Shown: positions 38,736-49,079 of the stretch, in pieces | How positions within the stretch are numbered: position 1 is the first letter of the stretch | Layout of the letters: each line of letters opens with the position of its first letter | Assembly: GCA_024276825.1 (NCBI GenBank) | Contig: JAJRWI010000033.1 | Coordinates: forward strand, 32,001 to 96,000 | Direction of reading: 5' to 3' | Source of the DNA: an archaeon | GTDB taxonomy: Archaea; Asgardarchaeota; Thorarchaeia; Thorarchaeales; Thorarchaeaceae | Length of the DNA stretch: 64,000 nucleotides | Made by a program: the position numbers and the translations under genes | The notes under the pieces: model-generated | What the model was told of the DNA's origin: nothing | Databases searched by the model: none | The model's input: the letters and a program-made list of their open reading frames with translations, nothing else

Positions 38736-41402
38736 TTGAACGAAACAACAGTTTCACCGGACAAGAGTTCGGATAAAAAATCGAGAATCTCATTAAACCT
38801 TGAAGGCATGCATTGTGCCTCCTGTGTTAGCACAATTGAGAAGGCCATCTTAAAACAAGATGGAGTAATCAAGGTATCAGTGAGCCTACTAGACCAGAAG
38901 GCTGTAGTTGAATATGAGCCAGACAAAGTGGACAGGACGGCTCTTGAGAAAGCAGTGGAGTCTACAGGCTATAGAACGGTACGACCCAAAATGATGATAA
39001 CTCTAGATCCCCTGCCCAGTGCAAGTCAATGGGGCAAAATCGTAGAACATGTGAAGAATGTTAATGGTGTTATAACTGCGACTCCGTTTGAGAGCAAAAG
39101 CAGACTTCTCATTGAATATGACGAGAGTCTTGTCACCTTTAAAATCATAAAGCGAGCTTTGCAGGAGATTGGTTTCAATGCGGAGGAATATGGTGCAGGA
39201 AGGGCAGACCGAGAGAAATCAGCACGAGAACAGGAGATCAGATACTATACTCGTCTCTTGGCATTCTCATTAATACTCAGCATTCCAGTGTTGATACTGA
39301 CGCTCGCACCTGAAATATTACTTCCTATTCTTCCATCTGGAATGTCTCCAGAACTCATGAATTTCATTCTGACAACCCCAATTCAATTCATTGCAGGTTA
39401 TCCTTTTTACAAGTCAAGTCTTAGAGCTGCAAGACATGGCAAAGCGAACATGGACACATTAATAATCTTGGGTACCAGTGCGGCTTACTTCTACTCAGTA
39501 GCAGCAACATTCTTCTTAGAGGGCTATGTTGCATTCTATGACACAGCAGCACTTCTGATTACATTCATCATACTGGGAAGGACTCTGGAGGCAGTGGCTA
39601 AGGGACGCACATCCAAGGCCATAAGAAAGCTCCTTGACCTTCAGGCTAAGGTGGCAGTGGTCATTAGAGATGGTGAAGAGATCACAATTCCAATTGAGGA
39701 TGTTGAGGTCGATGACATTCTACTTGTCAAGCCTGGAGAGAAAATACCAGTTGATGGAGTTGTCATTGATGGACAATCATCAGTTGACGAATCCATGGTC
39801 ACAGGCGAATCAATACCAGTCAGTAAGAAAGTTGGAGACTCGGTAATTGGGTCGACCATAAATAAGAATGGCGTACTCAAGGTAAGAGCGACCAAGGTGG
39901 GCCAAGACACAGTACTGTCCCAGATTGTACGAATGGTCGAGGAGGCACAAACACAGAAGCCCCCCATTCAACGCAAAGCTGATGCTATCGCAGGTGTCTT
40001 TGTACCAATAGTGATGGTTCTAGCAGCATCGACTTTTCTGGTCTGGTTCTTTTTGGTTGGTGAGGAATGGGTCAGATCACTGAGCTTCATGATTGCTGTC
40101 CTTGTTGCAGCTTGTCCATGTGCTCTTGGTCTTGCAACACCTACCTCCCTTATGGTGGGGATTGGAAAAGGCGCTGAACATGGCATACTGATTAAGACGG
40201 GTGCAGGTCTTGAGATAATTCCAAAAGTCGACACGATCGTGTTTGACAAGACTGGAACACTCACAATTGGACGCCCCACTCTGACCGACATTGTTCCTGC
40301 AAGTGATATTGAACCCACTGAGGTATTGCGACTTGTTGCTGCAATAGAAAAGAACAGTGAGCATCCATTGGCTGAAGCAATCGTACAATATGCTGAGGCA
40401 TCAGAAATTGAAATTCCTGAGGCGACCGATTTCATATCAGTCACAGGCAAGGGAGTGAGCGGGAATGTTGAGGGATCAACAATTCTTGTAGGAAACGACT
40501 CCTTCATGCTTGACAATGGCATCGATATCAGTTCACTTCAAGAGCAAGTGGTACGGCTTCAAGAAGAAGGCAAGACCACCGTATATGCTGCAAGAGATGG
40601 ACAAGCACTTGCACTACTGGCAATTGCTGACACCCTGAAGGAGAACTCAGCTGAAGCTGTTTCCAGACTACAAGAGATGGGCATTGATGTGTTGATGATC
40701 ACCGGCGATAAGGAGAGGACTGCCTATGCCATAGCCAAGTCTGTGGGAATCAAGAGAGTTCTTGCAGAGGTCATGCCTGGCGACAAGGCGCAGGAGGTCA
40801 AGAAACTTCAGGCTGAAGGTCGTGTGGTTGCAATGACTGGAGACGGCGTAAATGATGCACCAGCACTCGCACAGGCAGATGTTGGAATCGCGCTTGGTTC
40901 TGGAACCGATGTGTCAGTCGAAACAGGTGATATCGTGCTGGTCAAAGATGATCTCATGGATGTTGTTGCAGCGATTGATCTTGGAACAAAGACCATGAAC
41001 AAGATAAGGCAGAACTTTTTCTGGGCACTTGTCTACAATCTGGCACTTCTGCCAATTGCAGCGGGTCTTCTATATCCACTAACAGGACTTGTTCTCAAGC
41101 CGGAATTTGCAGCTCTTGCCATGGCATTCTCCAGTGTCAGTGTGGTCAGCAACTCATTATTACTTGGAAGATACACTCCGCGTAAGCATGCCGAAACTAG
41201 ATTGGAGATTACTAAAGACAAGCCGCCTGAGTTCGCGATTGATCCAATTTGCAAGATGGAGGTGCATACAGCCTCTGCAGAACTCTATAGTGATTACGAA
41301 GGCAAGAGATACTATTTCTGTGCAGAGCACTGCAAAAAGACATTCGATGCAGACCCCGCCCAATACAAGGACGAGGATGTCATAAGACCTCCCCCTCAAT
41401 AG
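38736..41402 (+). CDS. copA: Cu(I)-translocating P1B-ATPase with C-terminal YHS domain
   Basis: [39 protein letters not shown]..., MAFSS; IDPICKM. Confidence 0.96.
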   Translation: MNETTVSPDKSSDKKSRISLNLEGMHCASCVSTIEKAILKQDGVIKVSVSLLDQKAVVEYEPDKVDRTALEKAVESTGYRTVRPKMMITLDPLPSASQWGKIVEHVKNVNGVITATPFESKSRLLIEYDESLVTFKIIKRALQEIGFNAEEYGAGRADREKSAREQEIRYYTRLLAFSLILSIPVLILTLAPEILLPILPSGMSPELMNFILTTPIQFIAGYPFYKSSLRAARHGKANMDTLIILGTSAAYFYSVAATFFLEGYVAFYDTAALLITFIILGRTLEAVAKGRTSKAIRKLLDLQAKVAVVIRDGEEITIPIEDVEVDDILLVKPGEKIPVDGVVIDGQSSVDESMVTGESIPVSKKVGDSVIGSTINKNGVLKVRATKVGQDTVLSQIVRMVEEAQTQKPPIQRKADAIAGVFVPIVMVLAASTFLVWFFLVGEEWVRSLSFMIAVLVAACPCALGLATPTSLMVGIGKGAEHGILIKTGAGLEIIPKVDTIVFDKTGTLTIGRPTLTDIVPASDIEPTEVLRLVAAIEKNSEHPLAEAIVQYAEASEIEIPEATDFISVTGKGVSGNVEGSTILVGNDSFMLDNGIDISSLQEQVVRLQEEGKTTVYAARDGQALALLAIADTLKENSAEAVSRLQEMGIDVLMITGDKERTAYAIAKSVGIKRVLAEVMPGDKAQEVKKLQAEGRVVAMTGDGVNDAPALAQADVGIALGSGTDVSVETGDIVLVKDDLMDVVAAIDLGTKTMNKIRQNFFWALVYNLALLPIAAGLLYPLTGLVLKPEFAALAMAFSSVSVVSNSLLLGRYTPRKHAETRLEITKDKPPEFAIDPICKMEVHTASAELYSDYEGKRYYFCAEHCKKTFDADPAQYKDEDVIRPPPQ

Positions 41403-41562
41403 TCGCTGATAGTTGCTCAATACAATTAATGATATTCGCTCTCAAACAGGGCGGATATCCCTTATTTTCTCTCACAATTTGAATCTTCAAACAATAAGCT
41501 TTACTGCATGACCAAGAATCTAATATGCAAGTTTGTCAAGATACTGGTGAGAGTGAACTGGA

Positions 41563-42258
41563 TTGCAACCTGTTATAGTTCGTGTTGGTAAGAGCGCCTT
41601 TGATGAGATAATTGACAGGGCCGTTGACATATTGAAAAAAGGTGGACTTGTAGTCTACCCCACAGATACAAGCTATGGCATAGGTTGCGACCCACTGAAT
41701 CCAGAAGCGTTAAAATCCCTCCTGAGGGTGAAGCAGAGAGATCCCAAATATGGAGTTCCCCTTCTCTTCTCAAGTATTGATCAATGCAGTGAATATCACA
41801 CGTTTCACGAGTTTGAGAGGATTCTTGCACGCCTGTTCTGGCCAGGTGCACTCACCCTAGTTGTCACCCCCCGAAAGGAGATTCCAGAACATGTCAGGGG
41901 TGAACGGGAGTCCATCGCAGTACGGGTGCCTGATCATGATGTTCCTCGTGCAATCGCGCGCAAGATGGATGTTCCAATAGTTGGTACCAGTGCCAATATC
42001 TCTGGGGGTCCCTCCCCATTTAGTATGGATGTGGCATTAGAACAACTTGGCGACTCGGTTGACCTCTACATTGATGGTGGGGAGTCGAAGGTCATCAAGA
42101 ACTCGACAATAATCAGTATTGTCAGTAGTGGTGATAAGAGCCACATCAAGGTCCACCGTGAGGGTGTGATCACAATAGAGCGTCTCATTGAGAGTCTGAG
42201 AGTGGACTCATCCGCCCTCGATTTTTGGACAACGCAAGTGATACCAGCAGACATGTGA
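41563..42258 (+). CDS. tsaC: L-threonylcarbamoyladenylate synthase (TsaC/YrdC-type, no Sua5 C-terminal domain)
   Basis: YPTDTSYG, KQR, FWPGALT, AVRVP, TSANISG. Confidence 0.93.
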   Translation: MQPVIVRVGKSAFDEIIDRAVDILKKGGLVVYPTDTSYGIGCDPLNPEALKSLLRVKQRDPKYGVPLLFSSIDQCSEYHTFHEFERILARLFWPGALTLVVTPRKEIPEHVRGERESIAVRVPDHDVPRAIARKMDVPIVGTSANISGGPSPFSMDVALEQLGDSVDLYIDGGESKVIKNSTIISIVSSGDKSHIKVHREGVITIERLIESLRVDSSALDFWTTQVIPADM

Positions 42259-42267
42259 GGGATTCAT

Positions 42268-42801
42268 CTGAAACAATTCAACCTGTTAATAGGATGCCCC
42301 CGAAATCGTGAACGCGCAGCAGCATCAGAGGTCCGCTACTTCATTGGCGATCTCCTTGATGACCCGTCAATCAAGGTGTATCCGACAAAGATCTCTGGTC
42401 TGTTGACCTGCTGGACCTCCCTGAATCCTTTCAATGTCATTCAAGAGCTCAAGAAATTTGCTGAGGACAACCCCTACCAGTTCAGGTTTGCAATACGCTT
42501 CACGCCTATTGAAGTCTGTGTGTCTACAGACCTTGAGAGAATTGTTAAGGCCTCCCAAGAGCTTCTTCCAAGAATCTCTGAAGACGAGTCTTATCGTGTG
42601 ACCGTGAGAAGTCGTCATACTGCTCTCAAGAACATGCAGGTCATTGAGGCAGTAGCGGATGTGATTCCACGAAAAGTTAACCTTGACAGTCCTGATAAGA
42701 CACTATGGATTGAGATAGTTGGTGATACAACTGGAATATCGGTACTTCAAGAGAGCAAGGACATTCTATCAATCATGACACTTAGGGATGACACCTACTG
42801 A
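42268..42801 (+). CDS. THUMP-domain RNA-binding protein
   Basis: Frame extends to CTG 42268 (KQFNLLI); YRVTVRSR, KVNLDSPD..LWIEIVG. Confidence 0.85.
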   Translation: MKQFNLLIGCPRNRERAAASEVRYFIGDLLDDPSIKVYPTKISGLLTCWTSLNPFNVIQELKKFAEDNPYQFRFAIRFTPIEVCVSTDLERIVKASQELLPRISEDESYRVTVRSRHTALKNMQVIEAVADVIPRKVNLDSPDKTLWIEIVGDTTGISVLQESKDILSIMTLRDDTY

Positions 42802-43395
42802 TTATGTTTCAAAGGCCACAAGTGAAACCTTGTTGACCAGACAACGTGTGAGGGCATCAAATCTTGCTGAAAGCGACTCAGACTCGGCAATAGCCTGTAT
42901 CTCAATATCAGTTATTCCAAAGTGTTTCTTTATTTGCTCGAAGCGCTCTTTGGACTGTTCAAACAGTGGATGCCTCTCATGACCGACCCAATTGATTATC
43001 GCACTGACATGTTCTACTGTGTTTGATTCGTTCTCACCAATTGCAACCAGTGCAACCGATTCGGGCATGTTCTCCACACCCAATTCTTGGAGTGCATTAC
43101 TAATCTGTCGTTGTGCAGATGCATATACCACAATCTCTACACTCAGGCTTCTTGAATGTGCATAATTGCCTCTCCATGCATTGAGAGCATTCTGTGCAAC
43201 AGCCATCAGATAGATTGGCCCTGCAACAAGGTCGGCCCTCAGAAACTGAGTGGCCAGAACACCATTTGGCAGATTTGAGGCAATCTCAATAAGCTGACTG
43301 CTTGTTAGAGCGTTCTTGTTGACTAGTTCTGTTGCAATCACAACGAATTCGCTGTCACTGTGGTATAGTTTCTCAATTATCATGGTCTTCGCCAC
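42802..43395 (-). CDS. cgi121: KEOPS subunit Cgi121
   Basis: EIVVYASAQRQISNALQELG. Confidence 0.9.
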   Translation of the reverse strand: MAKTMIIEKLYHSDSEFVVIATELVNKNALTSSQLIEIASNLPNGVLATQFLRADLVAGPIYLMAVAQNALNAWRGNYAHSRSLSVEIVVYASAQRQISNALQELGVENMPESVALVAIGENESNTVEHVSAIINWVGHERHPLFEQSKERFEQIKKHFGITDIEIQAIAESESLSARFDALTRCLVNKVSLVAFET

Positions 43396-43405
43396 TCACC
43401 AAATC

Positions 43406-43987
43406 TCACAGTCTCTTGATGAAATAGTCGGCAACAGTTGGCTCGAAGCCCACCTCAAACACCAGTTTATCTCTGATCTGGGCCATATCAAGCGTCGGGT
43501 CCTCTGTCTTGAAATGTTTGACGAGAGCGATTATTGACTCACGATGTTCCCATGGATAGACTGTCCACTTGTCAATTCTTTTCATGTAATAATCGGGAAT
43601 GATCTTTGAATGTGGTTTCAAATGGAGTACTGCCGTTCTGACCTCCTTCACTCCCAAGTCCTCAATATGCGATTTTGCATGCATCAGGCTCTCTCCCGAG
43701 TCTGCGACCTCATCGACCAGCAGAATCCTCTTCTCCTTAATAGAAACCGAGAGTGGCTGAGTGATCTTTGGCTCAGGTCCGCGGATGCCTATGTCACTGT
43801 AATACTCGATACGCACATTGAACATTGCATTTGTATAAAGGACATCGGAGAGAATTCGTGCAGGAATCCATCCACCACGGGCGATGCCTACGATGATATG
43901 CGGCTTATATCCGCTCATTACAATTCTCTCAGAGAGCTGCAGGGTCAGGTTATACACCTCATCCCATGATATTATCTCATACTCCAT
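43406..43987 (-). CDS. Purine phosphoribosyltransferase family protein
   Basis: GIARGGWIPAR, LLVDEVADSGES, YPWE. Confidence 0.92.
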   Translation of the reverse strand: MEYEIISWDEVYNLTLQLSERIVMSGYKPHIIVGIARGGWIPARILSDVLYTNAMFNVRIEYYSDIGIRGPEPKITQPLSVSIKEKRILLVDEVADSGESLMHAKSHIEDLGVKEVRTAVLHLKPHSKIIPDYYMKRIDKWTVYPWEHRESIIALVKHFKTEDPTLDMAQIRDKLVFEVGFEPTVADYFIKRL

Positions 43988-44098
43988 TGTTTACCCACAC
44001 TTGCTATGATGAGCTTCCCTCGAACCAGTTCTTAATTAATCCAGTGATTGAGCCTGCAGCCATAAGGTAAATCAGTGAATTAGACTGCTGTTGATTCA

Positions 44099-45370
44099 GT
44101 GATGACTATGCGACCCGACCTGCTGCTGATAAATATTGGACAGTTGGCCACTCTAAAGAACAAATCAGAGTGTCCTCGAACGGGTGAGGATATGAAGGAC
44201 CTATCAATCATTGAAGATGGGGCAGTAGCGATTAAGGATGGTAGAATCATCGCGGTTGGTAATACGGATGAGGTCATGTCTGCATTCTCTAGCGATGACA
44301 GTATTCCCACAATGCAGTTTCCGAAACGACTGGTCATTCCTGGATTGATTGACAGTCACACACACTTGGTGTTTGGCGGTTCGCGTGAACACGACTTTGC
44401 AATGAAACTTGCTGGAAAGACATACATGGAGATTCTTGAGGCGGGTGGCGGCATTTTGAACACATTAAGACACACTCGCAGTTCTTCCATAGATGAACTT
44501 GAAGCGCAGGCCTGGGGATTTCTCGAGAATATGACTCAGAATGGGGATACAGTCATCGAAGCAAAGAGCGGCTACGGGTTGAATGTTGAGAATGAGTTGA
44601 AGATGCTCAGAGTGATAAGATCGCTCAATGAGAGAACGAATGTTGAGATTATACCCACTTTTCTCGGTGCACATGCAGTCCCGCCAGAGTATGAGGGCCG
44701 AACTGGTGACTATGTTGACCTTGTGATCAATGAGATGATTCCTACAATCGCTGACAATGACTTAGCTGAGTTCTGTGATGTGTTTTGTGAGAAGGGTGTA
44801 TTTGAGGTTGAACAGTCAAGACGCATATTACTTACCGCAAGAGATGCTGGCATGGCCCTGAAGGTGCACGCTGATGAGATAGTCCAGCTGGGCGGTGCAG
44901 AGCTTGCAGCAGAAGTGGGAGCGGTATCTGCTGATCACTTGCTCATGGCCTCCGATGACGGGCTTGAGGCAATGCGGAGAGCTGGTACAATCGCCACGCT
45001 TTTACCAGCGACTGCATTCAGTCTTGACACTGATTATGCCGATGCCAGAAAGATGATCGACATGGATCTCCCAGTCGCGCTGGCTACTGACTTTAACCCC
45101 AATTGTGCCAACGAGTCAATGTTCTTCACAATGGCCCTTGCCTGCTATAAGATGAAGATGGACCCACGCGAAGTGATCACTGCCTCCACAATCAATGCGG
45201 CTTATGCTGTCAACCGTGGTGATGAAACAGGGAGTATCGAGGTCGGCAAACGTGCTGACATACTCGTACTCGACTGTCCCAACCCTGAATACATCTCATG
45301 GCGCTTTGGCGCGAATCTCACACATACTGTGATTGCCAATGGTCAGGTCGTCTACACCAAATACCGATGA
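44099..45370 (+). CDS. hutI: Imidazolonepropionase
   Basis: DSHTHLVFGG, EAKSGYGL, FLGAH, HADE, ATDFNP. Confidence 0.96.
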   Translation: MMTMRPDLLLINIGQLATLKNKSECPRTGEDMKDLSIIEDGAVAIKDGRIIAVGNTDEVMSAFSSDDSIPTMQFPKRLVIPGLIDSHTHLVFGGSREHDFAMKLAGKTYMEILEAGGGILNTLRHTRSSSIDELEAQAWGFLENMTQNGDTVIEAKSGYGLNVENELKMLRVIRSLNERTNVEIIPTFLGAHAVPPEYEGRTGDYVDLVINEMIPTIADNDLAEFCDVFCEKGVFEVEQSRRILLTARDAGMALKVHADEIVQLGGAELAAEVGAVSADHLLMASDDGLEAMRRAGTIATLLPATAFSLDTDYADARKMIDMDLPVALATDFNPNCANESMFFTMALACYKMKMDPREVITASTINAAYAVNRGDETGSIEVGKRADILVLDCPNPEYISWRFGANLTHTVIANGQVVYTKYR

Positions 45371-45377
45371 ATAGAGG

Positions 45378-46925
45378 TCATTCCTCAAAAATGGAACCAG
45401 TGACCCCCTCAACAGCGGAAACCATACTCCTTGCCCTCATCAGTGTCCTGATTTTCTGTATGTCAGCATATAATGGTCTATCACTCTCTAATTTCGGGAT
45501 CTCTTTGCGAATGGTCTTGAAGGCCTGTTCTAATGCATCTGATGGCTTGAGTGGTGCAAGAAGATCAAGGCCCTGTGCTGCGCATAGATACTCGATTGCA
45601 ATCACATTTGACACATTCTCCAGAATCTGTCTTGCCTTTCGAGCAGCTATTGTACCCATGCTCACATGGTCTTCCTGATCCGCACTTGTCGGTATTGAGT
45701 CAACACTCGCTGGATGTGCCAAGACCTTGTTCTCGGAAACCAATGAGGCAGCGGTATATTGCGCTATCATCAGTCCAGACTCAAGACCCCCCTGTGTCGT
45801 CAAGAATGGGGGTAGTTCACTGAGATGTGGGTTCACGAGTCTATTGATTCTACGTTCTGCAATATTTGCAATCTCAGCAACAGCTATTCCAAGAAAGTCC
45901 ATGACAAGGGCAATGGGTTGTCCATGGAAGTTCCCTCCTGATATTACTGAGCCATCATCCGCGAATACCAAGGGATTGTCTGTAGCAGAATTAATCTCAG
46001 TTTCAATCACACTACGGACATATCGTATTGTGTCAAGAGAGGCTCCCAGCACCTGCGGTATGCATCTGAGTGAGTATGCATCTTGGACCTTTCCACATTT
46101 GGCATGGGACTGGTTGATCTCACTGTCATCTAGGATCTTCAACATGGTACTTGCAACATCAATCTGTCCCTCATGTGGTCGAACAGCATGTATCTTCTCG
46201 TTGAATGCGGCTCTAGTACCTCTCAAGGCCTCAAGACTCATGGCCGAGGCCACACAGGCATCACGAATCAGGTTCATTGCATCATGGACTGCTAGGGCAC
46301 CAATAGCAGTCATTGGTTGAGTACCATTAATTAATGCCACTCCTTCTTTGGCTGTGAGCTGGATTGGCTTGATTCCCGCTCTGTCCAGTGCATCAGCACC
46401 GGTCATTCTCTCATTCTCATAGTAAGCCTCACCCTCGCCTATCATGACAAGTACCATATGAGCAAGAGGCGCCAGGTCGCCGCTGGAACCAACAGAGCCC
46501 TGTTGAGGCACTATCGGGGTCACCCGTTTGTTTAACATGTCTATTAAGGTCTCAATCACTTCTACTCGTACACCAGAGAATCCCTTTGCGAGTGCATTTG
46601 CTCTCAGTAGCATCATTCCACGTACAATCTCATCATCAAATGGTTCACCCACTCCCACACTGTGACTACGAATGAGATTGATCTGGAGCATTGCAAGGTC
46701 GTCTTTCTCTATTGATACACGGGAGAGTTCGCCAAACCCAGTATTGACTCCATAGACTGTACGTCCCTCCTTGATCGTGACTTCAACCACTTGTCTACTC
46801 TTTATCACTCTCTCTCGGGCCCCATCATCAAGAGCCACATCTCTGAACTGTCGGGCCACTAACACAACATCCTCAATTGTCAGACTCTCACCGTCTATCA
46901 GAACGACCATTATAACACACTCCAA
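45378..46925 (-). CDS. hutH: Histidine ammonia-lyase
   Basis: YGVNTGFG, GSVGSSGDLAPL (MIO-forming tripeptide reads SSG), QDAYSLRC, QEDHVSMG. Confidence 0.96.
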   Translation of the reverse strand: MECVIMVVLIDGESLTIEDVVLVARQFRDVALDDGARERVIKSRQVVEVTIKEGRTVYGVNTGFGELSRVSIEKDDLAMLQINLIRSHSVGVGEPFDDEIVRGMMLLRANALAKGFSGVRVEVIETLIDMLNKRVTPIVPQQGSVGSSGDLAPLAHMVLVMIGEGEAYYENERMTGADALDRAGIKPIQLTAKEGVALINGTQPMTAIGALAVHDAMNLIRDACVASAMSLEALRGTRAAFNEKIHAVRPHEGQIDVASTMLKILDDSEINQSHAKCGKVQDAYSLRCIPQVLGASLDTIRYVRSVIETEINSATDNPLVFADDGSVISGGNFHGQPIALVMDFLGIAVAEIANIAERRINRLVNPHLSELPPFLTTQGGLESGLMIAQYTAASLVSENKVLAHPASVDSIPTSADQEDHVSMGTIAARKARQILENVSNVIAIEYLCAAQGLDLLAPLKPSDALEQAFKTIRKEIPKLESDRPLYADIQKIRTLMRARSMVSAVEGVTGSIFEE

Positions 46926-46997
46926 CTACTCTGCTGAAATCACTTACATTAAACTTAATCGCTGAATGCCATACTCACATAAATGAGTTGACTCCGA

Positions 46998-47657
46998 GTG
47001 ATTGATAACCCCAAACTTGAAAGAATACTTGCCGACGCCAAGCGCAACCAGATGCGACTTGCCAAACAGGTGATAGTTGAAGATGACCCTCCCATCTCAA
47101 ACGCACTCGTCACTGGAGTTGATGTGGCATACTCAGATGATATTGCAGTAGGATGTGCAGTGACTATAGACTCTGGCACCATGAAGACTATTGAATCAAT
47201 CAATATTGTTGCTGATGTGTCGTTCCCCTACATCTCTGGATTTTTCCACCTTCGTGAGGGTCCTATTATACTCGGACTATTGAAGAAAGTCCAACATAAG
47301 GGCCCAATCTTGATTGATGGACATGGAGTGTTCCACCCCAGAAGATGTGGTCTCGCATCGTATATCGGTGTCATAGCTGATGTCCAGACCATTGGAGTGG
47401 CAAAACGTCCAATTCTTCCAACCCAACAGTGTGAGACCGATTATGGCAAAGCATTGACCATAGACGGGGAAGTAGTCGGTGCACTTCTTCACATCGAAGG
47501 CAGAAGACATCCTTTTTATGTGTCCATTGGTCATAGAATCTCCCTTGAAACTGCTGTGAGAGTTGTCAAAGGGGCCATTCTCAATGGACAAGTGGAGCCT
47601 CTTCGTCTGGCACATGTTGAAGCCAATCGAGTCCTACACGAGTCCTTGAGTTGCTAA
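46998..47657 (+). CDS. nfi: Endonuclease V
   Basis: GVDVAY, FPYISG...REGP, IDGHG..HPRRCGLA, IGVAK, EPLRLAH. Confidence 0.94.
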   Translation: MIDNPKLERILADAKRNQMRLAKQVIVEDDPPISNALVTGVDVAYSDDIAVGCAVTIDSGTMKTIESINIVADVSFPYISGFFHLREGPIILGLLKKVQHKGPILIDGHGVFHPRRCGLASYIGVIADVQTIGVAKRPILPTQQCETDYGKALTIDGEVVGALLHIEGRRHPFYVSIGHRISLETAVRVVKGAILNGQVEPLRLAHVEANRVLHESLSC

Positions 47658-47709
47658 AGAGTTAATATTGAGGTTGTTTTTCATTCAATCAGTTTGAACA
47701 CAAGAGGAG

Positions 47710-48888
47710 GTGCACTCAATCACAAGAGTCGTGATAATCGGTGCTGGTCTTGGTGGTCTTCTTGCTGGCGCTTTACTGAGCAAGGATGGGTTCGAGGTCA
47801 CAATTCTTGAGAGGATGAACTTCATCGGTGGAAGGTTTACCAGCTTTGAGAAATATGGCGTTCCCATACCCACTGGGGCTGTCCACATGATACCTCACAG
47901 ATTTGGCCCAATGAAGACCCTACTCATTGATAGACTCCACCTCCCCGTTGAACTGATCGATGCTGGGAGGCCCGCCATACTTGATCAGAGCGGCGAATAT
48001 ATCGAGCTGGGCGGCGGCGGAGCTGCGAAGTTATTCTTGAAGTCAATCATTGGAAATAAACGAGCCAATCGTATCATGGACTCGATATACGAGTTCTCAA
48101 TCGGACTTAGGGGGAATGAGATTCCTCTCTCTGAGAGAATTGCATTCATGAATCTCATTAGAAAATACAGTCATCATGTCACGCCAAAAGGCGGAGTCAA
48201 ATCAGTGATTGATGCACTTGTTGAAACAATACAGTCACATGGAGGCAGAATCAGGCTGAACCATGAGGTCAATGCGATTGATATGGTGTCTGATCAATTT
48301 CTGGTCCACGCTAAGGGTGAAAGACTCCCCGCTGATGTCGTGGTGGCGAATTGCAGCCCTGACATCATTCCAGACCTTCTCGGCGAAACACACAGACTAC
48401 TGGGAATGAAGTTTATGAAACGCGTTGAGGACAATCATCCAGTTAATGGAATAAAGATTGCAGTGGTCTGCTCACATCAGGTGTTTCCTCGATCAATTGT
48501 CTTCACCCCCTATCTTAAAATAATATCAGGATTTTCTGAGCCCACTGTAGCAGACCCAGAGATGGCATCTGGCAAACATCTTATTCTGAGTCATCAGAAG
48601 CTCAGACCGGGCTCAATTGAATCACAGATTAAAAGGGCCATGGAGGACTTTAAGTCAATCATCACTGATTTTGACACAAGCTGTAAGACTGTGGCGATTC
48701 AAATATTTCGAGGAGAATACCCTGTCAATCGTGCATCTCAGGGTGCTGACTTTGAGCCAATAACCAAGATTCCAGGTCTCTATCTTGTGGGAGATGGAGT
48801 CAAGCCGCGAGGCCATATCATGACAGAAGGCGTTGCAAAATCTGTTGAGATCGCAGTTGATCACATCACAGGAGGCCTGGCAAAATGA
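47710..48888 (+). CDS. FAD-dependent oxidoreductase (phytoene desaturase-like family)
   Basis: IIGAGLGGL, GGRFTS, TGAVHMIP, GLYLVGD. Confidence 0.88.
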   Translation: MHSITRVVIIGAGLGGLLAGALLSKDGFEVTILERMNFIGGRFTSFEKYGVPIPTGAVHMIPHRFGPMKTLLIDRLHLPVELIDAGRPAILDQSGEYIELGGGGAAKLFLKSIIGNKRANRIMDSIYEFSIGLRGNEIPLSERIAFMNLIRKYSHHVTPKGGVKSVIDALVETIQSHGGRIRLNHEVNAIDMVSDQFLVHAKGERLPADVVVANCSPDIIPDLLGETHRLLGMKFMKRVEDNHPVNGIKIAVVCSHQVFPRSIVFTPYLKIISGFSEPTVADPEMASGKHLILSHQKLRPGSIESQIKRAMEDFKSIITDFDTSCKTVAIQIFRGEYPVNRASQGADFEPITKIPGLYLVGDGVKPRGHIMTEGVAKSVEIAVDHITGGLAK

Positions 48889-49079
48889 AGCGACCGAAAG
48901 TCGACGAGTCATTATGCGTTGGTTGTGCACAATGCTTCCTGATATGTCCTGATGATGCAATGGATGTGTTCATCACTGCAAGGCCCGATGACAAATGTAC
49001 TGGCTGTGCTCGTTGTGTTGGTGCATGCCCCTGTGGGGCAATTGAGATGGTTGATGACGAAAGTGCAGAAGAGCAATGA
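48885..49079 (+). CDS. 2[4Fe-4S] ferredoxin
   Basis: CVGCAQCFLICP and CTGCARCVGACP. Confidence 0.92.
   Translation: MKRPKVDESLCVGCAQCFLICPDDAMDVFITARPDDKCTGCARCVGACPCGAIEMVDDESAEEQ

Noticed and set aside
40996-41009. 13/14 match (TGAACAAGATAAGG) to the copy-2 variable segment inside copA
   Set aside because: It has an internal mismatch, the flank is CCAT rather than GAT, and such near-matches are plausible by chance. Worth revisiting only if the TAM proves permissive.
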